Part shown: one piece after another, positions 34,455 to 45,410 of the stretch
How positions within the stretch are numbered: the stretch's first letter is position 1
How the letters are laid out: each line of letters starts with the position of its first letter
Origin: an uncultured Gemmataceae bacterium
Lineage (GTDB): Bacteria > Planctomycetota > Planctomycetia > Gemmatales > Gemmataceae
Direction: 5' to 3'
DNA: 64,000 nucleotides
NCBI GenBank assembly: GCA_963750165.1
Contig: CAVVPN010000004.1
Coordinates: 288,001-352,000, forward strand
The notes under the pieces: model-generated
What the model saw: only the letters and a program-made list of their open reading frames with translations
Databases searched by the model: none
What the model was told of the DNA's origin: nothing
Program-made: the position numbers and the translations under genes

Positions 34455-34526
34455 CGGCAAGGGCGCCGCATCTCGACGTGTGAAAAAGTTGGCGTTCTTG
34501 GCGTTCTTGGCGTCCTTGCTGCGACA
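34455..34526 (+). repeat. Partial third copy (~72 bp core) of the 46694/48733 repeat
   Basis: cggcaaggg…atctcgacgtgtgaaaaagttggcgttcttggcgttcttggcgtccttgctgcgaca aligns with 48810-48881. Confidence 0.75.
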
Positions 34527-34691
34527 CGCCAGGCCGTCCGGTGCCGGGCCGTGCCCGGTGAGCCGCTCCAGGTCCGAGCGTACCGCCCTGATTTCGCTGG
34601 CATCCGTGGCGGCAGCCGGTACAGTAAAGTTCAGCCCGGGCCGGGGCGGTCCTGGCGTGGGCCACTTTCCCCTCTCAACCGGGTGTCCGCC

Positions 34692-35063
34692 ATGTCGCAA
34701 CGCTCACGGTCCTGGTCCGTCGCGCCCTCGTTCGCCGCACTCCTGCTCGGGCTGCTGGCCGGCCCGCTGCAGGCTCAGGGGAAAGGGCCCACGCCCGTTT
34801 CCTGGGAATACTGCGAGTTCAGCTGGTATGGTGAACGGCATCGCGTGGAATTCGCCAACCGGGTGGTGGAGGCCAAGAGCCTGCCGGAGCTGGCCGAAAA
34901 GCTGGGCAAGCGGACGAACCAGAACCACTCGACGGCGATCCTCAACGTGCTGGGCGAACAGGGCTGGGAGCTGGTGAGCCATCAGGTGCTCATCGACGCC
35001 GGGGTGCGGCGCTATTACTGGATCTTCAAGCGGCCGGGGGTGCCGCCCCTGAAAAGCCCCTGA
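34692..35063 (+). CDS. Small secreted protein, DUF4177-like
   Basis: Signal peptide, WEY, and ILNVLGEQGWELVS…WIFKRP. Confidence 0.72.
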   Translation: MSQRSRSWSVAPSFAALLLGLLAGPLQAQGKGPTPVSWEYCEFSWYGERHRVEFANRVVEAKSLPELAEKLGKRTNQNHSTAILNVLGEQGWELVSHQVLIDAGVRRYYWIFKRPGVPPLKSP

Positions 35064-35274
35064 AACCCGACGGCGGTGCCTTGCCGGCAGGACACCGGGT
35101 GACCTGTTCATTAAAAAAATTAATCCGGTTCTCATGCCGCTTCGGATACCATGATCCCATATGAAAATGGTGGGCGTAAAGCGGCAGAAAAAAGTGTAAA
35201 TCCTTGCAGAAGCCTGCAACGCTGCGCTGTGGGGTAGAGCGCATTCGATCTTTTCCTTTTCCAGGGAGTCCCGC

Positions 35275-36243
35275 ATGGTCCGTCACAGTCGCGCCCGGTC
35301 GGCGTTCACGCTGATTGAGTTACTGGTGGTGATCGCCATCATCGCCATCCTGATCGGCCTGCTCTTGCCCGCCGTGCAAAAGGTCCGCGAGGCGGCGGCC
35401 AGCACCCAGTGCAAGAACAACCTCAGCCAGCTCGGCAAGGCCATTCACAATTACCACAGCGTCTACAACCGGCTGCCGTACAATGCGACGCTCCCCACCG
35501 CCCCGCAATACAACTGGGCTACCGACAGCGTCGTCCCCGGCCCGCAGACCTGGACCTGGATCGCGCGCATCCTGCCCTACATCGAGCAGGAGAACCTGGC
35601 CAACACCTACAACATTCCCAACGGCACCCTGGGCGCGGCGCAGGCCGGGCTGACGACGGTCATCCCCATGCTGCTGTGTCCCTCGGACAGCACCGAAGCG
35701 GGCTCCACCGCGAACGCCTGGCCCAACATCAACGGCATCTCCATGGCCCTGATCAATTACAAGGGCGTCAGCGGCTGCAACTGGGGCAGCAATGGCACGG
35801 CCTCCGCCGCCCCTGGCTTCACCACCGCGTTCCCCGTCAAGGATCCGGACCCGACCAAGACCTACGACGGCCTGGATCACGCCAACGGCATCTTCTACCG
35901 CTCGGACGGCAGCCGCAAACTGCGGCTGACGAACATCACCGACGGCACCAGCAACACCTTCATGATCGGCGAGGACCTGTACAGCTTCGACTGGCACTGC
36001 GGCGGTTGGGCCTACCCCAACTACGTCAACGGCACGTGCGCCATCCCGCCGAACTACGCCGACCCGGGCAACAACAACCAAAATTGGCCCAACCGCTATT
36101 CGTTCCACAGCATGCACCCCGGCGGCGTCAACTTCTGCCTGGCCGACGGCTCGGTGCGTTTCGTCTCCAACGGCGTGGACATCAACACGTATTACGCCAT
36201 GGCGACCATCCGGGGCGGGGAGACGCTCGACCTTGTGGACTGA
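35275..36243 (+). CDS. DUF1559 prepilin-type N-terminal cleavage/methylation protein with H-X9-DG motif
   Basis: AFTLIELLVVIAIIAILIGLLLPAVQKVREAA, ITDGTSNT and HPGGVNFCLADGSVRF. Confidence 0.95.
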   Translation: MVRHSRARSAFTLIELLVVIAIIAILIGLLLPAVQKVREAAASTQCKNNLSQLGKAIHNYHSVYNRLPYNATLPTAPQYNWATDSVVPGPQTWTWIARILPYIEQENLANTYNIPNGTLGAAQAGLTTVIPMLLCPSDSTEAGSTANAWPNINGISMALINYKGVSGCNWGSNGTASAAPGFTTAFPVKDPDPTKTYDGLDHANGIFYRSDGSRKLRLTNITDGTSNTFMIGEDLYSFDWHCGGWAYPNYVNGTCAIPPNYADPGNNNQNWPNRYSFHSMHPGGVNFCLADGSVRFVSNGVDINTYYAMATIRGGETLDLVD

Positions 36244-36289
36244 CGAGCGGCGGTGGTGGTGTGGCACGGTTCACCCCAGAGGAGACAGC

Positions 36290-36730
36290 ATGCGGTTTCA
36301 ATACTTGCTGGTGGGTTTGGTGCTGGTCGTGGCCGGCTGCGGCGGTTCGAAAGTGGCCCCCGTTTCGGGCCGGGTGCTGCTGGATGGCAAGCCGTTGGCC
36401 GGCGCCTCGGTCAACTTCTTGCCCGATACCAAGGAAAAAGAGCCCGGTCCCGGTTCGGTGGGCAAAACCGACGCCGATGGCAAGTTCACCTTGCAGTTGC
36501 AAACCGGCAGCGGCAACGGGGCCATTATTGGCAAGCACAGGGTCCGAATCACCGCGTTTGAGGGGGGCGACGAGCCCCCTTCCAGCAACCCCAACGAACA
36601 GTTTTTCCGCAAACCTCTGGTGCCGGAACGGTACAGCGGGAACAATACCGAACTGACGTTCGAGGTGCCCGCGGGCGGCACCACGGAGGCGATTTTCGAG
36701 CTGAAGTCGGACGCGCCGAAGGGGAAGTGA
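36290..36730 (+). CDS. Lipoprotein partner of DUF1559 (carboxypeptidase regulatory-like fold)
   Basis: Lipobox VAGC, PVSGRVLLDGKPL, GKTDADGKF, GKHRVRI and VPERY. Confidence 0.88.
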   Translation: MRFQYLLVGLVLVVAGCGGSKVAPVSGRVLLDGKPLAGASVNFLPDTKEKEPGPGSVGKTDADGKFTLQLQTGSGNGAIIGKHRVRITAFEGGDEPPSSNPNEQFFRKPLVPERYSGNNTELTFEVPAGGTTEAIFELKSDAPKGK

Positions 36731-36848
36731 CGAACCCTGAAGGCGCGCCGGTCGCTGACGCTCCCGGCGCGCCTTTGCCTACTTTCAGGGGGCACCCCCC
36801 GGGCGTCCCCCGGCCCGTCGGCGGCCGGGGCATCTCCTCAGATTTACC

Positions 36849-36876
36849 CTGACATTTTGCCCGGGTGACGTATACT
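36849..36876 (+). promoter_or_regulatory. Possible sigma-70 promoter for the kinase gene
   Basis: CTGACA-N16-TATACT. Confidence 0.35.
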
Positions 36877-37015
36877 AGCCGGGGGGCATTTCCGCCCCGC
36901 CCGTGCAAGCGACGTCGGCCGCGTGCGCCCGCCGGTCACCTGGAACCAGCAGTAGGCTCGCCGTGTGATCGCCTCCCCTTTGGCCCGCGCCGCCGGCCCG
37001 GGACGGATAGAAACG

Positions 37016-39220
37016 ATGCCAGCTCCAGCAACCGCCGTCGAATTCCTGGACCTGACGCGCCGCAGCGGCGTTGTGGACGAGCGCCGCCTCGAGGCCCACA
37101 TCCAGAAGCTCACCGCCGCCGGCGCGCTGCCGGCCGACGCCGGTAAGCTCGCCAGCAAACTGGTCCAGGACGGCTTGCTGACCCACTTTCAGGCCGAGCA
37201 GCTCATGCAGGGCAAATGGCGGCGTTTCACCATTGGCAAGTACAAGGTGCTGGAAAAGCTTGGCTCGGGCGGCATGGGCAACGTCTACCTGTGCGAGCAC
37301 AAGCTCATGCGCCGCCGCGTGGCGGTCAAGATCCTGCCCACCGCCAAGGCCGCCGAACCCTCCTCGCTGGAGCGCTTCTACCGCGAGGCCCGCGCCGTGG
37401 CCGCCCTCGACCACCCCAACATCGTCCACGCTTACGACATCGACCAGGACGAGAGCCTGCACTTTCTGGTCATGGAGTACGTGGACGGCGCCAGCCTGCA
37501 GGAGATCGTCAAGCGCTCCGGGCCGCTGACCCCGGCCCGCGCGGCCCATTACGTGCAGCAGACCGCTCTGGGCCTGGAGCACGCCCACGCCTCCGGCCTC
37601 GTTCACCGCGACATCAAGCCCGGCAACGTCCTGGTGGATCGCACTGGCATCGTCAAGATTCTCGACATGGGCCTGGCCCGCTTCTTCAACGACACCGACG
37701 ACATCCTCACCAAGAAGTACGACGAGAACGTGCTGGGCACGGCGGACTACCTGGCCCCCGAGCAGGCGGTCGATAGCCACGGCGTGGACATCCGCGCCGA
37801 CATCTACAGCCTGGGCGGCACCTTTTACTTCATGCTGACCGGCCAGACGCCGTTCGGCGACGGCAGCGTGGCGCAGAAGCTGATCTGGCACCAGACCCGG
37901 CAGCCGCGGCCGGTCACGGAGCTGCGCCGCGAAGTGCCGCCGGCCATGTCCGCGGTCATCGAACGGATGATGGCCAAGGACCCCAACCAGCGCTACCAGA
38001 CGCCGCGCGAGGTGGCCGAGGCACTGACGCCGTGGACGCAACAGGCCATCGCGCCCCCCTCCGAGACAGAGATGCCGCGACTGTGCCTGGCCGCCACCGG
38101 CGCCGTGAGCGGCGACGCGAGCCTGGCCGGCGTCAGCCCACCGCCCGTGTCGCGGCGGTCCTGGGAGGTCAGCAGCCCCGCCGGGTCGCAGGCGGCCCCC
38201 ACCGCGCGGCCGCCGTCGGTTGCCCCCGAAACCTACGCCCAGGTCTCCCGCGAGACGCCCACGGCGCGCGAGCCGGCGCCGCCCCGCGTCGCTGTGCGTC
38301 CCGTGCCGCCGCCGGTCGATCAGGAAGACAGCATCCCCTGGGAAAAAGTGGCGGCCGAGGCGGGTCACGCGCACGCGGAGGCTGGCCAGCCCCGGAAGCG
38401 GCCGCGCCGCACCCTGGCCGAGCAGACGACGATGCTGACCGGCTCGGCGTACGCCCAGCGCGAGCAACGGTTGCTCATCTGGATCGTGTCGGTGGTCGGC
38501 GTGCTGTTGATCGTCGGCCTGGTGGTGGCCGCGTTCGCCACCGGCACGGTGGAGCGGCTGCTCAACCCACCGCCGCCGGCGCCGAAGTACGCCAAGGAGC
38601 CGCTCAAGGTAACGCAGGCCGGCGACGAGGGCGACGGCGTTTTCCACTCGGTCGGCAAGGCCCTGAAGAAGGCGGAGGCCGGCGACCGCATCCTGCTGAT
38701 GGACCCGGTCCACCAGGAAATCCTGCGGCTGGACGGCAAGAACCTGCCGGCCGACATCACCATCGAGCCGGGTCCGGGCGTGAAGGTGACCTGGTCCGGT
38801 GTGGGCAGGTTCTCCGAACCGCTGCTGTACGTGACGAGCGCGCGCGGCCTGCACTTCCGCAAGATTCACTTCGATGGCAAATATCAGCGCAGCAAACTCA
38901 TCACGCTGACCGGCCGCTGTCCGGGGCTGACGTTCGAGGACGTGACGCTGGAGGGCTTCAAGGACCGCGGCATGGTGATCGCGAACTGCTCCGGCGAAGA
39001 GGGGCGGCCGGTGGAACTGCTGCGCCTGACGGTGCAGGCCGGCGGCAAGCGCCCGGAGACGGGGCTGTGGTTCTTCGTCAACAAGAACATCGCGGAGCCG
39101 CCGGGCAACGAGCACATCCTCGTCAAGGATTGTCACTTCGAGGGCGAGTTCCAGAAGGGCGGCCTGGATTTCGTGGCGCCGCGCGCTGCCTCGGTCCAGC
39201 TGGTGAACACGAAGCAGTAA
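37016..39220 (+). CDS. Membrane Ser/Thr protein kinase (Hanks type) with extracytoplasmic beta-helix-like domain
   Basis: LGSGGMG, VAVK, HRDIKPGN, DMGLAR and GTADYLAPE, followed by a Pro-rich linker, a TM helix and a C-terminal domain. Confidence 0.93.
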   Translation: MPAPATAVEFLDLTRRSGVVDERRLEAHIQKLTAAGALPADAGKLASKLVQDGLLTHFQAEQLMQGKWRRFTIGKYKVLEKLGSGGMGNVYLCEHKLMRRRVAVKILPTAKAAEPSSLERFYREARAVAALDHPNIVHAYDIDQDESLHFLVMEYVDGASLQEIVKRSGPLTPARAAHYVQQTALGLEHAHASGLVHRDIKPGNVLVDRTGIVKILDMGLARFFNDTDDILTKKYDENVLGTADYLAPEQAVDSHGVDIRADIYSLGGTFYFMLTGQTPFGDGSVAQKLIWHQTRQPRPVTELRREVPPAMSAVIERMMAKDPNQRYQTPREVAEALTPWTQQAIAPPSETEMPRLCLAATGAVSGDASLAGVSPPPVSRRSWEVSSPAGSQAAPTARPPSVAPETYAQVSRETPTAREPAPPRVAVRPVPPPVDQEDSIPWEKVAAEAGHAHAEAGQPRKRPRRTLAEQTTMLTGSAYAQREQRLLIWIVSVVGVLLIVGLVVAAFATGTVERLLNPPPPAPKYAKEPLKVTQAGDEGDGVFHSVGKALKKAEAGDRILLMDPVHQEILRLDGKNLPADITIEPGPGVKVTWSGVGRFSEPLLYVTSARGLHFRKIHFDGKYQRSKLITLTGRCPGLTFEDVTLEGFKDRGMVIANCSGEEGRPVELLRLTVQAGGKRPETGLWFFVNKNIAEPPGNEHILVKDCHFEGEFQKGGLDFVAPRAASVQLVNTKQ

Positions 39221-39259
39221 ATCGCTGTCTTTCTGCCGCTCGCCTTTTGTGCGCTGGCG

Positions 39260-41476
39260 CTATGCCGCAAGCGGCAGATCAACGGGCTCCGGCGTCGGCC
39301 TGCACAGCCAAACCAGCACGCCCCCCACCGCCGCCACGGCCGCCGCGCCCAGCAGCCAATCCGCCGGCAAATGTCCCTCCGGAGCAGTGTCGAGATAACT
39401 GACTCCGACCAGGAAACCGTTGTGACAGGCGTGCAGCACCATGCCCGGCACAACGCTGCCGCTGCGGTACGCTACCCAGCCCAGCACCAGCCCCAGAACC
39501 GTGCTCGGCAACAGCCGCTCCAGCGCGAAGGCGTCCGCCACCAGATGGAACAGCCCGAACAGCAGCGCCGAGGTCACGACCGTGGCCCGCGGCCCCAGCG
39601 CCGAGCGCAGCGACGCGAACAGAAAGCCGCGGAAAAACCACTCCTCCGCCAGCGCCGGCACCACGAACGCGGCCACCAGCAGCAGCGGCGGCAACGCCCG
39701 CCGCAGCATGCCCAGCTGTTCCGCCACCCGCTCCGCCCCGTGCTGCCCCAGCGGCGCGAGTCCCCAGTCTCGGAACAGCGCCAGCTGTTCGATCACGAAC
39801 GGCCACAGGCCCACCCCCAGCAGCAGGCCGCCCGCCAGCGCCGCCAGCGGCGGCCGGCGCAGTCGGAACCCCGTGGTCAACGAAACCCGGCCCCGCGCCG
39901 CCGCGAACAGCGGCAGCAGCCCGAACAGCGCCACGCTCACCAGCGCCACCAGGCCGACCCGCAGCCCGAGTTGCTGCCGTGCCGCCAGGCCGCCAACGGT
40001 CACCTGGGCGGCCACGCCTCTGAGCACGAACGTCAGCGGGAACATCAGCGCCAGGCACAAAAGGGCGGTGCTGACCGGGGCGGCGACGCACGGCTGGCGC
40101 GGGCGGCGGAACAGGTCGGCCCAGCTGCTCTGTTCGCTGTAGAGCACCGCCTCGGCGCCGAAGATGCGGGCGGCGACGCCGACAGCCGCCGCGGCGTACA
40201 GCAGCGTGGACAGCACCACGACGCCGGCCACCGCCGGCACCGCCACGCCCTGCAGCAGGTCGCGCGCCAGCAGGACGATGTTGAGCAGCGGCACCACCGT
40301 GAGCAGGCCGCTCAGGTGCAACCCCGGCAGCAGTCCGGCCACGCCCGGCGCCAGCGCCGCCAGCATCAGCGGGATCAAGTACGCCTGCGCTTCCTTGAAG
40401 CTGCGCGCGAAACTGGTCAGCGCCAGCAGCACTGCCGAGAAGAACAGCGCGAACAGGATCAGCAGCCCGAACACCGGCAGGACCGCCGCGGCCGTCAGGC
40501 CGTGTTCGCCGAAGATCAGCGCCGCCAGGCCGCTCACCTGCAGCGTCACCACCATCATGACCAGGTTGACGACGGCGGTGAGCAGGGCGACGGTCACCAC
40601 CGCGACGTACTTGGCGAACAACAGCGCCAGTCGCGGCACCGGGGCGGCCACCAGGATTTCCAGGGTGCCGCGCTCGCGCTCGCCGGCGGTCAGGTCGATG
40701 GCCGGGTAGACCGCGCCGGTGATGGTCATGAGCACGAGCACCAGCGGCACCAGCGCCGCCAGCGACAGGCCCTCGCTCGGCTCCGCCACGCCCACCGCCT
40801 GGATCTCCGCCCGCCACGGCGCCACCCGCTCCCACACCCCCTGCTGCCATAGCCGGTCCTGGGTCGCGTAGGCGTTGGCCAGCATCAGCTCGCGCTCGAC
40901 GTAACGCAGCGCCTCGAGGCTGTTCGGGCTGCCCTGCAGGTAGAGGAATTGAACCTCAAAGGCGGGTTCGCGTGTGCCAATGCCCGGGAGCTTCCGCAAA
41001 CGCACGGCCAGGTGAACTTCGTGAGCGCGGACGACCTCCTCCAGGTTCGCAGCCGCGAAAAATTTCAGCTGGGGCGGCTTCCTGCTGGGCTGCGGTTGTG
41101 GCGGCTGGGCGGGGTCGAACTGAATGAGGCGGCCCACCGCGGCAGCGCCGAACGGCCCGGCGCCGCCGAAACCGACGACGGCGCCAGCCTCCCGGGCAAC
41201 GTGGAACTGACGGTACTGCAGATACCAGATGAAATCATCGTCCCACTCGCTCGGCGTGAGGGCGATCATGTACACCGTGACCGGCTCGCTCTCCACCGTC
41301 GCCAGGAAAAACTGCTGGAAGGCGATGCTCAGCAGCGGATAGAGCAGCACCGGCATGAGCACCAGCGTGACGATGGTGCGGCGGTCGCGGAGGATTTCGC
41401 TGAGTTCCTTGCGAACCAGTCGGCCCAGGCGGGCCAGCGCCGGCAGCGGTCGCGGCGCGGTCGGAACGTCGTTCAT
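39260..41476 (-). CDS. NatB-like ABC permease fused to CPBP intramembrane protease
   Basis: [12 protein letters not shown] and [12 protein letters not shown], then [12 protein letters not shown] and HACHN (CPBP). Confidence 0.88.
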   Translation of the reverse strand: MNDVPTAPRPLPALARLGRLVRKELSEILRDRRTIVTLVLMPVLLYPLLSIAFQQFFLATVESEPVTVYMIALTPSEWDDDFIWYLQYRQFHVAREAGAVVGFGGAGPFGAAAVGRLIQFDPAQPPQPQPSRKPPQLKFFAAANLEEVVRAHEVHLAVRLRKLPGIGTREPAFEVQFLYLQGSPNSLEALRYVERELMLANAYATQDRLWQQGVWERVAPWRAEIQAVGVAEPSEGLSLAALVPLVLVLMTITGAVYPAIDLTAGERERGTLEILVAAPVPRLALLFAKYVAVVTVALLTAVVNLVMMVVTLQVSGLAALIFGEHGLTAAAVLPVFGLLILFALFFSAVLLALTSFARSFKEAQAYLIPLMLAALAPGVAGLLPGLHLSGLLTVVPLLNIVLLARDLLQGVAVPAVAGVVVLSTLLYAAAAVGVAARIFGAEAVLYSEQSSWADLFRRPRQPCVAAPVSTALLCLALMFPLTFVLRGVAAQVTVGGLAARQQLGLRVGLVALVSVALFGLLPLFAAARGRVSLTTGFRLRRPPLAALAGGLLLGVGLWPFVIEQLALFRDWGLAPLGQHGAERVAEQLGMLRRALPPLLLVAAFVVPALAEEWFFRGFLFASLRSALGPRATVVTSALLFGLFHLVADAFALERLLPSTVLGLVLGWVAYRSGSVVPGMVLHACHNGFLVGVSYLDTAPEGHLPADWLLGAAAVAAVGGVLVWLCRPTPEPVDLPLAA

Positions 41477-42242
41477 GGCGTGGCCTTCTCCGGCGGCGCC
41501 GCGAGGGCCGGGCCGACTCGGGACAGTTGCAAGAACATCTCCACCAGGGTAACGCAACCGGTGCGGCGCGCAGCTCCTCCAGGGTGCCTTCGCTGACCAG
41601 CCGGCCGTGGTGCAGCAGGCCGAAGCGCGTACACAGCCGCTCGGCCTCGTCGAGACGGTGCGTCGTCAGGATGACCGCTTTGCCCTGCTGCCGCAAGAGA
41701 GCGATGTACTCCGCGACGACCTGGCTGCCGAGCACGTCCAGGCCGAGGGTGGGCTCGTCGAGCAGCAGCACCGGCGGCCGGTGGATGAGGGCGCGGGCCA
41801 GGTTGACGCGCTGCCGCTGGCCAGTGCTCAGGGTGCCGCAGCGGCGGTCGAGCAATTCGGTCAGGCCGAGCAGACCGGCGAGGTGCTGCAGTTCGGCGCG
41901 GGCCGCGTCGGGCGGCACGGCGTAGAGGTCGGCGAAGAACAGCAGCATTTCGCGGACGCTGAGGGCCTGGTAGAGGCCGGCGTTGGCGGCGACCAGGCCG
42001 ACGCGGCGCTTGACCTCATCGGGATGGTCGGCGGAGTTGAAGCCGGCGATTGCCGCCCGTCCGCCGCTGGGCGTCAGCAGGCCGAGGATCATGCGGATGG
42101 TGGTGGTTTTGCCGGCGCCGTTGGGACCGAGCAGACCGTAGACCTCGCCGGCCGCGACGGTGAACGACAGGTCCGCGACGGCAACGACCTCGTCGCCGCC
42201 GGGCAGCGGGAAGCGCTTGGACAGGTGCTCAACATGAATCAT
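41473..42242 (-). CDS. NatA-like ABC transporter ATP-binding protein (frameshift near 41562)
   Basis: [14 protein letters not shown] and [11 protein letters not shown]. The corrected C-terminus LVEMFLQL ends at an ATGA overlap. Confidence 0.9.
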
Positions 42243-42274
42243 CGGCGGACCCCGGGCAGCGCGTTCGATGTGAT

Positions 42275-42378
42275 GGCGAGCGGCGCGGCGTTAGCCCGCC
42301 GTGGCAGCACGGCGAGCGGCGCGGCGTCAGCCCGCCGGTGCTTCGCAGTACCGGCGGGCTGACGCCGCGCCGCTCGCC
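42275..42378. repeat. REP cluster: one single copy plus a perfect 29-bp inverted pair
   Basis: ggcgagcggcgcggcgtcagcccgccggt (42311-42339) and its reverse complement (42350-42378). Extra copies at 42275-42301 and ~34419-34440. Confidence 0.88.
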
Positions 42379-42382
42379 TTTT

Positions 42383-43885
42383 TCAGCGCTCGTCGCCCAC
42401 TTCCTTGCGCAGCCGATTCAGTTCCGCTGTCAGGTCGCGCTGCACCTGGGCGTAATCCGGGTTGGCGTAGACGTTGTTCAGTTGCAGCGGATCCTTCTGA
42501 TTGTCGTACAGCTCCCACTCTGGCGGCAGATCCTTGTCCTTCGCCCCCTTCATGCCCATGCCCTTGCCATAGAAGTGAATGAGGGTGTAGCGGCTGGTGC
42601 GGACGCCGTAGTGGCCCGGCACGTTGTGCGAGCCATCGAGGTGCATCCAGTAGCGATAATACATGGCCGTGCGCCAGTCCGGCGGCGTCTTGCCCTCCAG
42701 GATTGCCTTGAAACTGCGGCCCTGCATGTCCTTCGGCACCCTGCCGCCGGCGACGTCGAGCAGCGTCGGGGCGAAGTCGATGTTGAGCACGATGTCGTTG
42801 TTGACCGTGCCGGCCTTGACGTGGCCCGGCCAGCGGATGAGGAGTGGCGTCGTCAGCGCCGGTTCGTACATCAGCCGCTTGTCATAGAAACCGTGCTCGC
42901 CCAGGAAGAAGCCCTGGTCGGAGGTGTAGACGATGATGGTGTCTTCCGTCAGCCCCTCCGCCTCCAGAAACGCGAGCAGTCGGCCGACGTTCTCGTCCAC
43001 CGCCGCGACGCAGGCCAGGTAGCGCTTCATGTACTGCTGGTACGCCCAGTGGCGCAGCTCGTCGCGCTTCAAGTTCTTCGGAATCGGCGTTTGCAGGTCG
43101 CGCATGTTGAAGTCCTCGCCGACGCGCATGCGGATGTCGCCGACCTGCTTGGACCGGCCCTTGTAATCGTCGAGCAACGTCGGCGGCTCGGGAATCTTGA
43201 CGTCCTTGTACAAATCCTTGAAGCGCTCCGCCGGGTCCCACGGTCGGTGCGGCGCCTTGAAGTGGCACATCAACAGGAAGGGTTTCGTCTTGTCGCGCTT
43301 CTTGAGCCAGTCAATCGACAGGTCCGTGATGACATCCGTGGAGTAGCGGCCGGTGTACTCCTTGAGTTGCTTGGGCTTCATGCCCATCTCGCGCAGTTTG
43401 GGGTTATGGTAGACGCCCTGGCCGGGCAGGATGTTCCAGTAATTGAAGCCGGTCGGGTCGATCACCAGATGCCATTTACCGATCATGCCGGTCTGGTAGC
43501 CGAGCGCTTGCAGCAGATGGCCGAGGTGGACCGTATTCTTCGGCAGCGCGTCGGACAGGGTGTAGACGCCGTTCTTGTGGCTGTACTGACCGGTGAGGAT
43601 GGCGGCGCGGCTCGGCGTGCAGATGGAGTTGGTCACCATGGCGTTGCGGAACCGCATACCTTGGCGGGCCAGCTTGTCGAGGTTCGGCGTCTTGACGACC
43701 TTTTGCAGCCAGGAGCCGTAGGCGCCGATGGCCGCGCTGGCGTGGTCGTCGGCCATGATGTAGACGATGTTCAGGCGCTTGCCGGGCTGTTTGGCGGGCT
43801 TGTCGCCGCCGGCACGGGCGGCCGTGGGCAGCGCCAGCAGCACTGTCAGAAGGGCGAGGACACGCAAGGAGAAGGAACGGGTCAT
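42383..43885 (-). CDS. Sulfatase (formylglycine-dependent S1)
   Basis: Signal peptide, IMADDH, CTPSRAAILTG (CxPxR), GKWH, KAPHRPW and SDQGFFLGEHG. Confidence 0.95.
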   Translation of the reverse strand: MTRSFSLRVLALLTVLLALPTAARAGGDKPAKQPGKRLNIVYIMADDHASAAIGAYGSWLQKVVKTPNLDKLARQGMRFRNAMVTNSICTPSRAAILTGQYSHKNGVYTLSDALPKNTVHLGHLLQALGYQTGMIGKWHLVIDPTGFNYWNILPGQGVYHNPKLREMGMKPKQLKEYTGRYSTDVITDLSIDWLKKRDKTKPFLLMCHFKAPHRPWDPAERFKDLYKDVKIPEPPTLLDDYKGRSKQVGDIRMRVGEDFNMRDLQTPIPKNLKRDELRHWAYQQYMKRYLACVAAVDENVGRLLAFLEAEGLTEDTIIVYTSDQGFFLGEHGFYDKRLMYEPALTTPLLIRWPGHVKAGTVNNDIVLNIDFAPTLLDVAGGRVPKDMQGRSFKAILEGKTPPDWRTAMYYRYWMHLDGSHNVPGHYGVRTSRYTLIHFYGKGMGMKGAKDKDLPPEWELYDNQKDPLQLNNVYANPDYAQVQRDLTAELNRLRKEVGDER

Positions 43886-44062
43886 CGGGTGCTCCCTCCG
43901 GGAAGATGAACGAGCGCGACCGCCGCATCCTACTGCGCAGGCGCCACGAGTCACTACAAAAAAATGGAAAGTTCGCCGCCGGCCGCCCCCCGCGATAAAA
44001 AATCCTACCGGCCTGCCGCCGGGCAAGGGAACGCCGGCGGGGCTGGCGCGAAGTGAAGCGGC

Positions 44063-45210
44063 ATGAAGCAAATCCTGATTATTGGCGGCGGCATCGGCGG
44101 GCTCACGGCCGCCCTCGCCTTGCGGAAGCGGGGGTTCGAGGCGCACGTCTACGAGGCGGCCCCGGAGTTGCAGCCCGTCGGCAAGGGCATCTGGGTGCCG
44201 ACCAACGCCATGCAGGTGCTGCACCGGCTCGGCCTGGACGACGCCGTGCGCCGGGCCGGGTGGCCGCTGGACCGTATCCAGCTCCTCACCCGGGCCGGGC
44301 TGCCGCTGCTGGACTGCGACCTCCGCAAGTTCGAGGCGAAGTACGGCCACACGACCATCTCCATTCATCGCGCCAACCTGGTTCGGGTGCTGGCCGACGC
44401 CCTGCCGGCGGACGCCCTGCACCTGGGCAAGCGCGCCACCGACTTCGCGGAGGAGGGCGGCCGCGTCGCCGTCCGTTTCGAGGACGGCACCCAGGCCGAG
44501 GGCGAACTGCTCGTGGCCGCCGACGGCATCCGCTCCGCCGTCCGGGAACACTTCTTCCCCGGCGGCCGGCTCCGCTACAGCGGCCAGACGTGCTACCGGG
44601 GCGTCGCCGGCCTGGACCTGCCGGCGGCCCTGGCCCACACCTGCCAGGAAGTGTGGGGCGGCGACGCCCGCATGGGGTTCTCCGCGCTCGGCCCCGGCCA
44701 GGTGTACTGGTTCGCGCCGGTCACCGCCCCGGCGGGCTCGCCGCTGCCGACCGGGGCCGCCCTGGGCGAACACCTCGCCGCGCGGTACGCCGATTTCCCG
44801 TACCCCATTCCCGAGATCCTCCGGCACACGCCGGCCGCGGACATCATCCGCACGGACCTGTTCGAGCTGGCGCCGCTGCGGCACTGGTGGCGGGGGCGGG
44901 TGGTGCTGCTCGGGGACGCGGCGCACGCCATGACGCCGAACCTCGGCCAAGGCGGCGCCCAGGCGATCGAGGACGCTTACGCGCTGGCGGCGCGACTCGC
45001 GGACAGTGCCACGGCTGAGCAGGGGCTCGCGGAGTACCAGCGGCTGCGGCTGCCAAAGGCGCGCTGGATCGCGACGACGGCCGGCGGATCGGGCAGGCCG
45101 CCCACTGGCGTCGCCCCTGGCTCCGGCGACTCCGGGACGTGGTGATGCGCCTGACGCCGGGCTGGTGGAACGACCGGCAACTGGATCGGGTGTACGCGCT
45201 GAATTTCTGA
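44063..45210 (+). CDS. FAD-dependent monooxygenase (frameshift near 45083)
   Basis: GGGIGG, ADGIRSAVR and LGDAAHAMTPNLGQGGAQAIEDA. The corrected tail LRDVVMRL ends at TGA 45210. Confidence 0.92.
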
Positions 45211-45281
45211 CGGGCCGCGGAGCGCGGCCGGCGTGCGGTCGCCTATCTGTTTCTCGCTGCTCCAAAAGGACGTGGACAGCT

Positions 45282-45318
45282 GAAAGAGGCCAGTGCAAAT
45301 GTCGCGCTGGCCTTTTTC
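45282..45318 (+). terminator. Putative intrinsic terminator
   Basis: gaaagaggccagtgc / gcgctggcctttttc stem ending in a T run, downstream of the monooxygenase. Confidence 0.5.
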
Positions 45319-45330
45319 GTTTCCGCCTGC

Positions 45331-45358
45331 TTGACAACCGTGCATCTATTGGTAAAAT
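45331..45358 (+). promoter_or_regulatory. Sigma-70 promoter
   Basis: TTGACA-N16-TAAAAT with an extended -10 TGn, ~50 bp upstream of ATG 45411. Confidence 0.6.
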
Positions 45359-45410
45359 CTTCTCATTCCTCCCAGCCTCTTTTTCCTCCTCACCGTTAGG
45401 GAGATGTAAC

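Noticed and set aside
36875..39136. Long antisense/alternate-frame ORFs (also 915-2600, 8238-9701, 48906-51131, 61508-63256)
   Set aside because: Shadow ORFs of well-supported genes, expected in high-GC DNA, with no recognisable motifs.
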